Source: Bacteroidota bacterium
Lineage (GTDB): Bacteria > Bacteroidota > Bacteroidia > Flavobacteriales > Weeksellaceae
Assembly: GCA_023461035.1 (NCBI GenBank)
Contig: JAEWOD010000037.1
Coordinates: 1,057-65,056, forward strand
Direction of reading: 5' to 3'
Length of the DNA stretch: 64,000 bases
Shown: piece by piece, positions 8,663 through 18,327 of the stretch
Layout of the letters: the number at the start of each line of letters is the position of its first letter
How positions within the stretch are numbered: position 1 is the stretch's first letter
Made by a program: the position numbers and the translations under genes
Notes under the pieces: generated by a model
The model's database searches: none
What the model was told of the DNA's origin: nothing
What the model saw: only the letters and a program-made list of their open reading frames with translations

Positions 8663-8801
8663 TTAGAAGATTTTAAAAATTTACAATTATTTAAAGAATG
8701 AATAAAAAAACCGATGATTTGATAATTTAATTGGAGTTTACAAACATTCTTTCTGAAATAATAAGAATTTAATTTAATATTGTGTATGAAATTGCTAAAC
8801 C

Positions 8802-11273
8802 ATGAAGAAAGAAATTAGTTCAAACCTAAATTCGCAAAGCGAAACAGATCATAAACCCACCACATTAAGTGAAACTATACAACACCTCAATAATCCGGTT
8901 TTAGACCTTCCCGTCATTCAGAAAAGCTATCTGAAAGAAATCATTTCCCATAGCCAGAAGGACAATGTTTTTTATTTTTCAGATGAAATTTCAAAAGTTG
9001 CCGTGACGGTCATCAGCGATGAAATCATACGCGTGAGAATGGCATCCAAGGGCATATTTCTGGATGATTTTTCTTATGCCGTTTCTGAAACCAAGCCGCA
9101 TCCTGCTGTTTTTACATTTGAAGAAGAACCGGATCATTTTAAAGTGAAAACCAATACCACAACCTGTGTCATTTCCAAAAAAGATTTTCTGATTTCTTTT
9201 GAAAACCGAAGAGGAATCCAAACGGTCGCCGATCATTCGCCTATGCATTGGGAAGAAAATGATGAGTTTGGCGGTTATTATGTGTATTGTACCAAAAAAG
9301 CGCAGGAAAAAGAATCCTATTTCGGACTGGGCGATAAAGCCATGCACCTTAATTTGCGTGGACAGCGCGTAGTCAATTGGAATTCAGATACATATTCGTA
9401 TGCATTTGGACAAGATCCGTTGTACCGCAGCATTCCTTTTTACATTGGCCGAAATGATGAAGGCGATTGCTATGGAATTTTCTTTGACAATACCTTCAAA
9501 ACTCATTTTGATTTCGCTGCGGAGGAAAAAGACAAAACCAGTTTCTGGTCAGAAGGTGGAGAACTCAACTATTATTACATCCATGGTCCCAATATGATTG
9601 ATGTGGTACGTCGCTATCACAAACTCACTGGAACGCACTATTTACCGCCGTTATGGGCTTTGGGCTATCACCAGTGCCGATGGAGCTATTATCCGGAGAG
9701 TAAAGTTCAGGATTTAGCGAGAACATTTCGGGAAAAACAAATTCCTTGTGATGCGCTGTATCTGGACATAGATTATATGGACGGATACCGTTGTTTTACC
9801 TGGGACAGACATCGTTTTCCTAATCCCAAACGGATGATAAAGGAATTGGCACAGGAAGGTTTTAAAACAGTCGTTATCATAGATCCGGGAATTAAAGTAG
9901 ATCCCAATTATTGGGTATATAAAGAAGGAAAGGAAAACAATTATTTCTGTCGCCGCGGCGATGATTATTTCATGGAAGGCTACGTCTGGCCGGGACTTTG
10001 TCGTTTTCCGGATTTCACCAATCCAAAGGTACGCAAATGGTGGGGAGGGCTTTTTGAAGGACTCGTAAACGACGGTGTAGCCGGAGTCTGGAACGATATG
10101 AATGAACCCGCTGTGTTTGGAAAAGGAACTTTTCCAAACGATGTACGCCATAATTTTGACGGACACAGAGGTTCGCACCGGAAAGCGCATAATGTGTATG
10201 GTATGCAAATGGTTCGTGCAACTTATGACGGATTGGAAAAATTATTCAAAAACAAAAGACCTTTTACAATCACAAGAGCCGCTTATGCCGGAACACAACG
10301 CTATTCGAGTGTCTGGACAGGTGATAACATCGCCACTTGGGAGCATTTGAAAATCGGAGTTTTACAATTGCAACGACTTTCCGTTTCAGGAATTTCTTTT
10401 TGCGGAACAGACATAGGCGGATTTACCGGTGAGCCTGACGGCGAACTTTTCTCCAGATGGATTCAATTCGGCGTATTTTCTCCGTTCATGCGGGCGCATT
10501 CGGCAGGAGATACAGCTGAACGCGAACCCTGGAGCTTCGGAGAAGAATTCGAAGCGATCAATAAAAAATTCATCGAACTCCGGTATCAATTATTGCCCTA
10601 CATCTATTCGGTCTTTTGGGAGCAATCCGAATTTGGATTTCCTATACTTCGTCCCTTGGCGATGGAGGAGCAGGAAAATCAGGAAAACAACCAACGTGAA
10701 GAAACCTTCTTATTTGGTTCAAAAATTCTGGTGCATCCCATTACAGATGCAGGCGTAAAACAAACGGAAATTTATTTACCAAATCCGGATAAATTATGGT
10801 ACAACTACTGGACAGACCTTCCGGTTCAAGGTGGGAAAACCTATAATATTTTAACACCGTTAGATGAAATGCCTATTTTCATCAAAGCCGGAACTGTTTT
10901 GTCCGAATATCCCGTCGTTCAAAATGTGGAAGAAATCAATTTAAAAACCCTGAAGCTCAATATATTTTATGCTCCTTATGAGAGCACCACATTTACTTAT
11001 GAGGACAATGGCGATACGTTTGCCTACCAACAGGATATTTACAGAGAGAAGAAATTTGTTACAAAAGGAACTCAAAACAGCTTTAAAATCGAACAAAGTT
11101 CAAAAGGATTGTTTTATGAGCGCTATAAATACTACGAAATGGAATTCGTCGGATTACCATTTGAGCCAAAAAACATAAGAGCAGACGGTGAACCAATTGA
11201 TTTTAAATTAAACCATAAAGGAAGAATTTGCTGTGCGGTTCCAAAAGATTTTCTTAAATTAGAAATAGAATAA
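8802..11273 (+). CDS. Glycoside hydrolase family 31 (alpha-glucosidase)
   Basis: LDIDYM, WNDMNEP nucleophile motif, WTGDN, GTDIGGF and MRAHS. Confidence 0.93.
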   Translation: MKKEISSNLNSQSETDHKPTTLSETIQHLNNPVLDLPVIQKSYLKEIISHSQKDNVFYFSDEISKVAVTVISDEIIRVRMASKGIFLDDFSYAVSETKPHPAVFTFEEEPDHFKVKTNTTTCVISKKDFLISFENRRGIQTVADHSPMHWEENDEFGGYYVYCTKKAQEKESYFGLGDKAMHLNLRGQRVVNWNSDTYSYAFGQDPLYRSIPFYIGRNDEGDCYGIFFDNTFKTHFDFAAEEKDKTSFWSEGGELNYYYIHGPNMIDVVRRYHKLTGTHYLPPLWALGYHQCRWSYYPESKVQDLARTFREKQIPCDALYLDIDYMDGYRCFTWDRHRFPNPKRMIKELAQEGFKTVVIIDPGIKVDPNYWVYKEGKENNYFCRRGDDYFMEGYVWPGLCRFPDFTNPKVRKWWGGLFEGLVNDGVAGVWNDMNEPAVFGKGTFPNDVRHNFDGHRGSHRKAHNVYGMQMVRATYDGLEKLFKNKRPFTITRAAYAGTQRYSSVWTGDNIATWEHLKIGVLQLQRLSVSGISFCGTDIGGFTGEPDGELFSRWIQFGVFSPFMRAHSAGDTAEREPWSFGEEFEAINKKFIELRYQLLPYIYSVFWEQSEFGFPILRPLAMEEQENQENNQREETFLFGSKILVHPITDAGVKQTEIYLPNPDKLWYNYWTDLPVQGGKTYNILTPLDEMPIFIKAGTVLSEYPVVQNVEEINLKTLKLNIFYAPYESTTFTYEDNGDTFAYQQDIYREKKFVTKGTQNSFKIEQSSKGLFYERYKYYEMEFVGLPFEPKNIRADGEPIDFKLNHKGRICCAVPKDFLKLEIE

Positions 11274-11364
11274 TTGACAACTTACGAAGTAAAATAATTA
11301 TTAGAATTGGAATTAAAAATAACAAGCAATTTACTTTATACAACATACAATTATACAGTAAAAA

Positions 11365-13299
11365 ATGGCAAAACCGTTCTCACTTTTCACCCAATTTGAC
11401 ATCCAGCTTTTCAAATACGGAAAGCATTTCAAATTATATGAAAAACTGGGTTCGCACAAGGTCGAATTCAACGGTGTCAGCGGTATCTATTTTGCGGTTT
11501 GGGCACCCAATGCTAAATCGGTTTCGGTCATAGGCGAATTCAATAATTGGAACCGAAATAAAAATAAAATGCAAATCCGCAAAGACAAAAGCGGAATCTG
11601 GGAATTGTTTATTCCCCAATTGGATTTGGGAATCATCTACAAATATTCCATCCAATCCCAAAAAAGCGAAACCCTGGAAAAAATAGATCCTTTTGCCTTT
11701 TCTTGTGAAATTCCTCCGAAATCGGCTTCGGTCGTAACTTCTACTTGGCATGAATGGAAGGACAATCGATGGATGAAAAAACGCCATAAATTCAATTCGC
11801 ACAAAGCTCCGATTTCCGTTTACGAAATGCATTTAGGTTCTTGGAAACGCGATCCTGACGATCCGCACCGTTGGCTGACTTATGTAGAAATTGCCGATAA
11901 ATTAATTGACCACATTAAAAAAACCGGATTTACCCATGTAGAATTCATGCCGGTAATGGAACATCCTTATCCGCCTTCCTGGGGCTATCAGATTACCGGT
12001 TATTTTGCGGCGGATTCCCGCTACGGAACGCCGCAGGAATTGATGTACCTGATTGAAGAATTACACAAAAATGACATCGGAGTGATTCTCGACTGGGTTC
12101 CCTCCCATTTTCCGCAAGACCCGCACGGACTCTATAAATTTGACGGAACTTATTTATATGAACATGAAGATCCACGCAAAGGTTTTCATCCAGACTGGAA
12201 ATCCTCCATTTTTAATTATGACCGGGCAGAAGTCCGATCATTTTTGATTTCCAATGCCATGTTCTGGCTGGATCGTTATCATGTGGACGGACTGCGTGTG
12301 GATGCCGTTACTTCTATGTTGTATTTGAATTATTCGCGGGAAGACGGCGATTGGGTTCCCAACCAATACGGCGGAAATGAAAACATAGAAGCGATTTCAT
12401 TTTTAAAAGAATTAAACGAAACCGTTTATTTGAATTATTCGGATATACAAATCATAGCAGAAGAATCCTCTTCCTGGCAGGGCGTAACCCAAATGACTTC
12501 GGATGGTGGTTTGGGTTTCGGGATGAAATGGATGATGGGTTGGATGAATGATACTTTGGATTATTTTAAAATCGATCCGTTTTTCCGTAAATACCACTAT
12601 CACAAACTGACATTCAGCATCATGTATGCATTCAGCGAAAATTTCATGTTGCCGCTTTCGCACGATGAAGTGGTGCATGGAAAAAGTTCGCTTCTCTTTA
12701 AAATGCCCGGCGATGAATTTCAAAAACACGCCAATCTGAGAGCTTTATATCTCTATATGTTTACACATCCCGGTGCCAAATTGCTTTTCATGGGCGGAGA
12801 ATTTGGACAAACAACCGAGTGGAGCTTTGATCATTCGCTGGATTGGCATTTGCTCGAATACGAAGCGCATCAAAAACTCATGGCGTTTGTTACGGCTTTG
12901 AATCAATTGTACCGAACCGAAAAAGCATTGTTTAAAAAACAATTTGATCCCGAGGGATTTGAATGGATTGAAGTGCATGATGAAGAAAATTCGGTCTATG
13001 TTTATCGTCGGAAATCGGGCATGAAAAAAGACAATCTGGTTGTTATCCTTAATTTAACACCAACCGTAAAGAAGAATTACCGCATAGGATTTCCACATCA
13101 TGCCCAATGGAAATGTATCCTGAATTCCGATAGTGAAACCTATTGGGGAAGCGGAATGGAAGTAAAATCAGTCAAAACCCAAAAGCAAATTTACAAAGGA
13201 CATAAATTCTCCGCAAAAGTCAATTTACCTCTGCTTTCGGGGTTGGTTTTCAAAATCGAAAAATTAATTCCGGTTTCTAAAAAAACAACAAAAAAGTAA
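11365..13299 (+). CDS. glgB: 1,4-alpha-glucan branching enzyme
   Basis: FAVWAPNA, DWVPSHF, DGLRVDAV, IAEES and LSHDEVVHGK motifs. Confidence 0.95.
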   Translation: MAKPFSLFTQFDIQLFKYGKHFKLYEKLGSHKVEFNGVSGIYFAVWAPNAKSVSVIGEFNNWNRNKNKMQIRKDKSGIWELFIPQLDLGIIYKYSIQSQKSETLEKIDPFAFSCEIPPKSASVVTSTWHEWKDNRWMKKRHKFNSHKAPISVYEMHLGSWKRDPDDPHRWLTYVEIADKLIDHIKKTGFTHVEFMPVMEHPYPPSWGYQITGYFAADSRYGTPQELMYLIEELHKNDIGVILDWVPSHFPQDPHGLYKFDGTYLYEHEDPRKGFHPDWKSSIFNYDRAEVRSFLISNAMFWLDRYHVDGLRVDAVTSMLYLNYSREDGDWVPNQYGGNENIEAISFLKELNETVYLNYSDIQIIAEESSSWQGVTQMTSDGGLGFGMKWMMGWMNDTLDYFKIDPFFRKYHYHKLTFSIMYAFSENFMLPLSHDEVVHGKSSLLFKMPGDEFQKHANLRALYLYMFTHPGAKLLFMGGEFGQTTEWSFDHSLDWHLLEYEAHQKLMAFVTALNQLYRTEKALFKKQFDPEGFEWIEVHDEENSVYVYRRKSGMKKDNLVVILNLTPTVKKNYRIGFPHHAQWKCILNSDSETYWGSGMEVKSVKTQKQIYKGHKFSAKVNLPLLSGLVFKIEKLIPVSKKTTKK

Positions 13300-13347
13300 A
13301 ATAGTTTTTTCTATATTTAGGGAATAGCAAAACCTATACTTTTCTGT

Positions 13348-14772
13348 ATGCAAGTTTTTCATTTAAGTGCCGAATGTTACCCCGTCGCAAAAGTCGGCGG
13401 ATTGGCCGACGTAGTCGGAGCTCTACCCAAATATCAAAACAAACTGGGGCTGGATGCTTCCGTGGTCATGCCTTGGTACAACCGCCCATTTACGCGCGAA
13501 CATAGTTTTGAAACGGTTTATGAAAGCGAAATCCAATTGCGCGAGCTTCATCTTCCCTTTCAAATCCTCAAAGAAACCAAAGACACACTTGGGTTTCCAC
13601 TCTATATGGTTCGGATCAATGGATTATTGGATCGTGAAAATGTGTATGGTTATGAGGATGCAGCCTTGCAATTCATCGCTTTTCAGATCGCTGCTCTCCA
13701 CTGGATAAAGGAAACCCAAAATTTTCCCGACATCCTTCATTGTCATGACCACCACACAGGATTGGTACCTTTTTTACTGAAATATGCCTATACTTTTCAG
13801 GAAATGAGCAGCCAAATCAAAACCGTCGGAACCATCCACAACGGCGAATACCAAGGCTGGATGGGATGGGAAATGGTCAACTATCTTCCAAACTTTGACA
13901 TCGCACACGGTGGACTGCTCGACTGGAACGACATCATCAATCCTATGGCAGCATTGGTGAAATGTGCTGACGTATTTACCACGGTTTCAGAAGGTTATTT
14001 ATACGAATTACTAAACAATTCCGGAGCGGGATTGGAAAGTTTATACCAGCAGGAAAGCTTCAAATCATTTGGGATCATAAACGGAATAGACAAGGAAGTC
14101 TGGAATCCTAAGACCGATAAAATGCTGGTTGCCAATTATGGTTTGACTAATTTTGTTTCCAATAAAAAGAAAAACAAAGAAGAGCTCTGTGAGCGCTACC
14201 GCCTCAATCCCAATTTACCGCTGATTTCCTTCATCGGTCGGTTTGCCACAGAAAAAGGTGCCGATTTATTGCCGGGAATCATAGACAGAATCATACAGGA
14301 ACGAAGCGGAGATGTCAACTTTTTTGTGCTAGGCTCCGGTGATTCCAATACCGAAAACCGACTGAAAGAACTCCAACACCGCTTTTCCGGAAATTTCGGG
14401 TTGGACTTGGGATACAACGAACCGCTTTCACATATCATTTATGCCGGATCTGATTATCTTTTGATGCCTTCGAGAGTGGAACCTTGCGGATTGAATCAAT
14501 TGTATTCGATGACATACGGAACCATTCCCATTGTACGAAAAACAGGCGGGCTGAACGATACTGTCCCCGATTTTTCTGAAGAAAACGGGCGGGGATTCCA
14601 ATTCAATGATGCCGATGTAAACGGTGCCTGCTGGGCGATTCATCGTGCGCTTGATTTTGAAACGAATAAAAAAGAAGCTCAGAAATTGAGAAGAACAATT
14701 ATGAAAATCGATTTTTCCTGGGAGAAATCAACAAAGAGATATATAGAATTATACGAAAACCTAAAAAAATAA
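13348..14772 (+). CDS. glgA: Glycogen synthase
   Basis: KVGGLADV, HCHDHH, TIHN and PSRVEPCGLNQL motifs. Confidence 0.93.
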   Translation: MQVFHLSAECYPVAKVGGLADVVGALPKYQNKLGLDASVVMPWYNRPFTREHSFETVYESEIQLRELHLPFQILKETKDTLGFPLYMVRINGLLDRENVYGYEDAALQFIAFQIAALHWIKETQNFPDILHCHDHHTGLVPFLLKYAYTFQEMSSQIKTVGTIHNGEYQGWMGWEMVNYLPNFDIAHGGLLDWNDIINPMAALVKCADVFTTVSEGYLYELLNNSGAGLESLYQQESFKSFGIINGIDKEVWNPKTDKMLVANYGLTNFVSNKKKNKEELCERYRLNPNLPLISFIGRFATEKGADLLPGIIDRIIQERSGDVNFFVLGSGDSNTENRLKELQHRFSGNFGLDLGYNEPLSHIIYAGSDYLLMPSRVEPCGLNQLYSMTYGTIPIVRKTGGLNDTVPDFSEENGRGFQFNDADVNGACWAIHRALDFETNKKEAQKLRRTIMKIDFSWEKSTKRYIELYENLKK

Positions 14773-14775
14773 ATT

Positions 14776-16047
14776 ATGAATCCTGATGTTCTAGCAATTA
14801 TACTTGGTGGCGGACAAGGTTCCCGGCTTTATCCTTTGACTCATTCCCGTTCCAAACCTGCGGTGCCGATTGCCGGAAAATACCGGCTCGTGGATATTCC
14901 TATTTCCAATTGTTTGAATTCGGGGCTGAATAAAATTTTGGTTTTAACTCAATTCAATTCGGCCTCGCTGAATTCGCACATCAAAAATGCTTTTCATTTC
15001 GATATTTTTAGCAAAGGATTTGTGGAAATTCTGGCTGCCGAACAGGATTTTGAAAATACCAATTGGTACCAGGGAACAGCAGATGCAGTGCGCCAAAGCC
15101 AGAAACATCTCAATAAATTTGATTATGATTATCTGCTGATTCTTTCAGGAGATCAATTGTACCAAATGGATTTCAACGAATTGGTTCAATTCCACATAGA
15201 CAGTGAAAGCGAAATTACCATCGCTACGATTCCCGTAAACAGCCGTGATGCAACCGGATTCGGAATTTTAAAATCCGATGAAAATCATCAAATCACATCG
15301 TTTATCGAAAAACCAAAAGCGGAACTTTTGCCCAACTGGAAATCGGAAGTAAGCGAATCCAACCAGCAAAAAGGAAAAGAATATTTGGCTTCTATGGGGA
15401 TTTATGTGTTTAACCGAAAAATCTTGAAACAGATTTTTGACGAAGATCCCGGAAATGACTTTGGGAAAGAATTGATTCCCAATGCCATACATAAATATAA
15501 AACTTCGAGTTATCAATATGACGGTTACTGGACGGACATCGGGACGATTCGTTCATTTTTTGAGGCCAATATGGATTTGACCATGGATTTACCACAATTC
15601 AATATGTATGGGCCACATCCGATTTACACCAATTCGCGTATGCTCCCTCCGACCAAAGTGATGGGAACCCAGACCAATCGGGTGATTTTCGGTGGCGGCT
15701 GTATCGTTTCCGCCAAACAAATCGAGTCTTCCATCATCGGAGTCCGTTCCCGAATCGACAGCGGAACCGTTATGAAAACCACGTACATGATGGGGGCCGA
15801 TTATTTCTCCAAACCCAAAGATTTTGAGGATTATGTGAAATACGGAAAACCTCTTTTGGGGGTGGGCGAAAATTGTTATATCGAAAATGCGATCCTCGAT
15901 AAAAATTGTACCATCGGGAATAATGTAACCATAAAAGGACATGAAGGACTGGAAGACAGTGATTTTGAAACGCATACGATTTCCGATGGAATTGTAATTG
16001 TCAAAAAATATGCGGTCATCCCAAGCGGAACGGTGATTGGCGGATAG
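14776..16047 (+). CDS. glgC: Glucose-1-phosphate adenylyltransferase
   Basis: LGGGQGSRLYPLT, SKPAVP, WYQGTADAV, FIEKP and ASMGIYVF motifs. Confidence 0.95.
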   Translation: MNPDVLAIILGGGQGSRLYPLTHSRSKPAVPIAGKYRLVDIPISNCLNSGLNKILVLTQFNSASLNSHIKNAFHFDIFSKGFVEILAAEQDFENTNWYQGTADAVRQSQKHLNKFDYDYLLILSGDQLYQMDFNELVQFHIDSESEITIATIPVNSRDATGFGILKSDENHQITSFIEKPKAELLPNWKSEVSESNQQKGKEYLASMGIYVFNRKILKQIFDEDPGNDFGKELIPNAIHKYKTSSYQYDGYWTDIGTIRSFFEANMDLTMDLPQFNMYGPHPIYTNSRMLPPTKVMGTQTNRVIFGGGCIVSAKQIESSIIGVRSRIDSGTVMKTTYMMGADYFSKPKDFEDYVKYGKPLLGVGENCYIENAILDKNCTIGNNVTIKGHEGLEDSDFETHTISDGIVIVKKYAVIPSGTVIGG

Positions 16048-16059
16048 TTTGATTTTTTT

Positions 16060-16794
16060 ATGAGAGAAATACTAAAATTTTGTTTTTTAATTTTTCTGTT
16101 TCATTGCTGTACTTCCAAGTTTGATGACAAAAGATTGCAATTAAGGAAAATTGTTGATTGTCAAAATAAGGAATTCCTAATAAAGGATGATAATGATAAT
16201 TGGCTAATTGATTTTGATTCTATTAAAAGTACAAATGAGTTCATTTGCTCAAAATATGATAAAATGAAAGACAGTGATAATAAATTTAGCCAAAAAAATT
16301 TTGATTCTCTTCGTTTAAAATACGGAAATGGAAATATACCATTCCAATATACTCAGCCACAAGTATTTCCCTATATCAATATTGATGGAATTGATGTTAG
16401 TCTATTACAATTAACCTATTCAACGGCTACGATACCGTTTCCGAAAACCGAAACAATTGCATTTGGAAAAGATTATTCTAATCAGTTTGACACAATAAAA
16501 ACAGTTGTTCGGAATCTTTTTGAAGAACCAACCCGGATAATAAAAAACAATAATTATCGGGTTCTCACTATTCTGATTAGTAATGATCGATTTCAGGATT
16601 CAAAAAACATTATTCCTGTAATTGTAGCTAATTACTTTGAGTATTTGGAAAATAAGACAAAAAAGGAAATTTGTGAACTAAGCAATGAAGAAATCATACA
16701 ACTAAAAAATGAATACCAACTAAAAATAAAAATAACTAGCTATGATTTGGTTAACAAACCTATGGGGCAATTTATGAAAGAAAACTGCAATTAA
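16060..16794 (+). CDS. Hypothetical protein, possible lipoprotein
   Basis: 244-aa AT-rich ORF with a short hydrophobic N-terminus ending in Cys; no family recognised. Confidence 0.6.
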   Translation: MREILKFCFLIFLFHCCTSKFDDKRLQLRKIVDCQNKEFLIKDDNDNWLIDFDSIKSTNEFICSKYDKMKDSDNKFSQKNFDSLRLKYGNGNIPFQYTQPQVFPYINIDGIDVSLLQLTYSTATIPFPKTETIAFGKDYSNQFDTIKTVVRNLFEEPTRIIKNNNYRVLTILISNDRFQDSKNIIPVIVANYFEYLENKTKKEICELSNEEIIQLKNEYQLKIKITSYDLVNKPMGQFMKENCN

Positions 16795-16813
16795 AAAAAA
16801 CAAAAGACACTAT

Positions 16814-17281
16814 TCATCGTAAATTCCCCTTCACCGGAATATCTTCCAAAAAAACATATTTCTCATTCTCAAAATCCATTTGACAGTAATAATGATTCAA
16901 ACCATTGGAAACCATCAGATAATCAGCATCTATTTGTAAATTATACCGGGCGATTTGATCAAAAGTTTCTTGAGTAATTTGGATAGATGGCGCTTTGCAT
17001 TCGACGATGATAAAAGGTTTTTCTTTTTTGAATACAATGATGTCGCCTCGTTTTTTCATTCCGTTTATTTCCACTATCAATTCGGTATTGATAGCGGATT
17101 TGGAATATTTTTTTTCCTGAATCAGAAATTGAACTACATTTTGCCTGACCCATTCTTCGGGAGTCAAAACCAGCCATTTTTTACGGATTGTGCAAAAGAT
17201 GTAAACAGAATTCTCGGTTTGTTTGAATCGAAATTGGTAATTTTCGGAAAAATTTAATTGAGGTAATTGCAACGCATCCAT
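16814..17281 (-). CDS. Stand-alone HsdR N-terminal-domain protein (PD-(D/E)xK-like)
   Basis: RKKWLVLTPEEWVRQ, RGDIIVF, IVECKAP, QIARYN and SNG motifs; an alternative TTG start exists at 17272. Confidence 0.85.
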   Translation of the reverse strand: MDALQLPQLNFSENYQFRFKQTENSVYIFCTIRKKWLVLTPEEWVRQNVVQFLIQEKKYSKSAINTELIVEINGMKKRGDIIVFKKEKPFIIVECKAPSIQITQETFDQIARYNLQIDADYLMVSNGLNHYYCQMDFENEKYVFLEDIPVKGNLR

Positions 17282-18287
17282 GAGTCAGTCCAATAGCATC
17301 ATCAAAGATATTAAAAACAAAAAAATCGCTCCGATTTATTTTCTGTCGGGCGACGAACCGTTTTTCATCGATCAGGTTTCCAAAACCATCGAAAACGAAG
17401 TTTTAACGGAAGATGAAAAAGGATTCAACCAAAGCATTCTGTATGGAAATGACGTGGAAATGAGTGCCGTCATTGGCATGGCAAAACAGTTCCCTATGGG
17501 TGCGGAACGTCAGGTAGTCATCGTCAAAGAAGCGCAACATCTTTCCCGTGCCATTGACCAGCTGGAGTCCTATGCCGAAAATCCGCAACCTTCGACCGTT
17601 TTGGTTTTTAATTACAAAGGAAAAACACTTGACAAACGAAAAAAGTTGTATAAAACCTTACAGAAAAATTCTGTTTTATTAGAAACCAAAAAGTTTTATG
17701 ACAACCAGATTCCGGACTGGATCGAATCAACCGCAAAAGAATTGGGGCTGGAACTGGAAAACAAATCCAAGTTTATGATGGCGGAATTTTTGGGAGCCGA
17801 TTTAGGAAGGATTTACAACGAATTGCAAAAACTGAAAATCGTAGCGGAAGACGGAAAAATCACACCGGAAATTGTCGAACGAAATATCGGGATCAGCAAA
17901 GATTACAACAATTTTGAATTGAGAAATGCCATCGAAACCCGAAACGCCGAAAAAGCTTTCCGCATCATCAAATATTTCAGCCAGAATCCGAAAGACAATC
18001 CATTGGTAGTCACACTTTCCGTTCTTTATCAGACTTTTTCCAATATCATCGTTTACCATGCCCTGACCGATAAATCCCAAGGAAATATTGCCAAAGAACT
18101 CGGAATTCATCCGTTTTTTGTGAAAGATGCAGCAATGGCGGCAAAAAATTATCCTTTAAAAAAAGCCACACGCATCATTTCTCTTTTACGCGAGGCCGAT
18201 GTCAAAAGCAAAGGTGTAGGTGCTACCGGAAATACCAATCAGGGAGATTTATTGCAAGAATTATTGTTTAAAATTTTCAGCTTATAG
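17280..18287 (+). CDS. holA: DNA polymerase III delta subunit
   Basis: PIYFLSGDEPFFID, KQFPM, VVIVKEAQ and IGISKDYNNFEL motifs. Confidence 0.9.
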   Translation: MSQSNSIIKDIKNKKIAPIYFLSGDEPFFIDQVSKTIENEVLTEDEKGFNQSILYGNDVEMSAVIGMAKQFPMGAERQVVIVKEAQHLSRAIDQLESYAENPQPSTVLVFNYKGKTLDKRKKLYKTLQKNSVLLETKKFYDNQIPDWIESTAKELGLELENKSKFMMAEFLGADLGRIYNELQKLKIVAEDGKITPEIVERNIGISKDYNNFELRNAIETRNAEKAFRIIKYFSQNPKDNPLVVTLSVLYQTFSNIIVYHALTDKSQGNIAKELGIHPFFVKDAAMAAKNYPLKKATRIISLLREADVKSKGVGATGNTNQGDLLQELLFKIFSL

Positions 18288-18327
18288 TCAATTATATATT
18301 GAGATTCCTTAAATATTCTATCTTTAT

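Noticed and set aside
16814..17281. Type I restriction-modification system
   Set aside because: Only a stand-alone HsdR N-terminal domain; no helicase, hsdM or hsdS nearby
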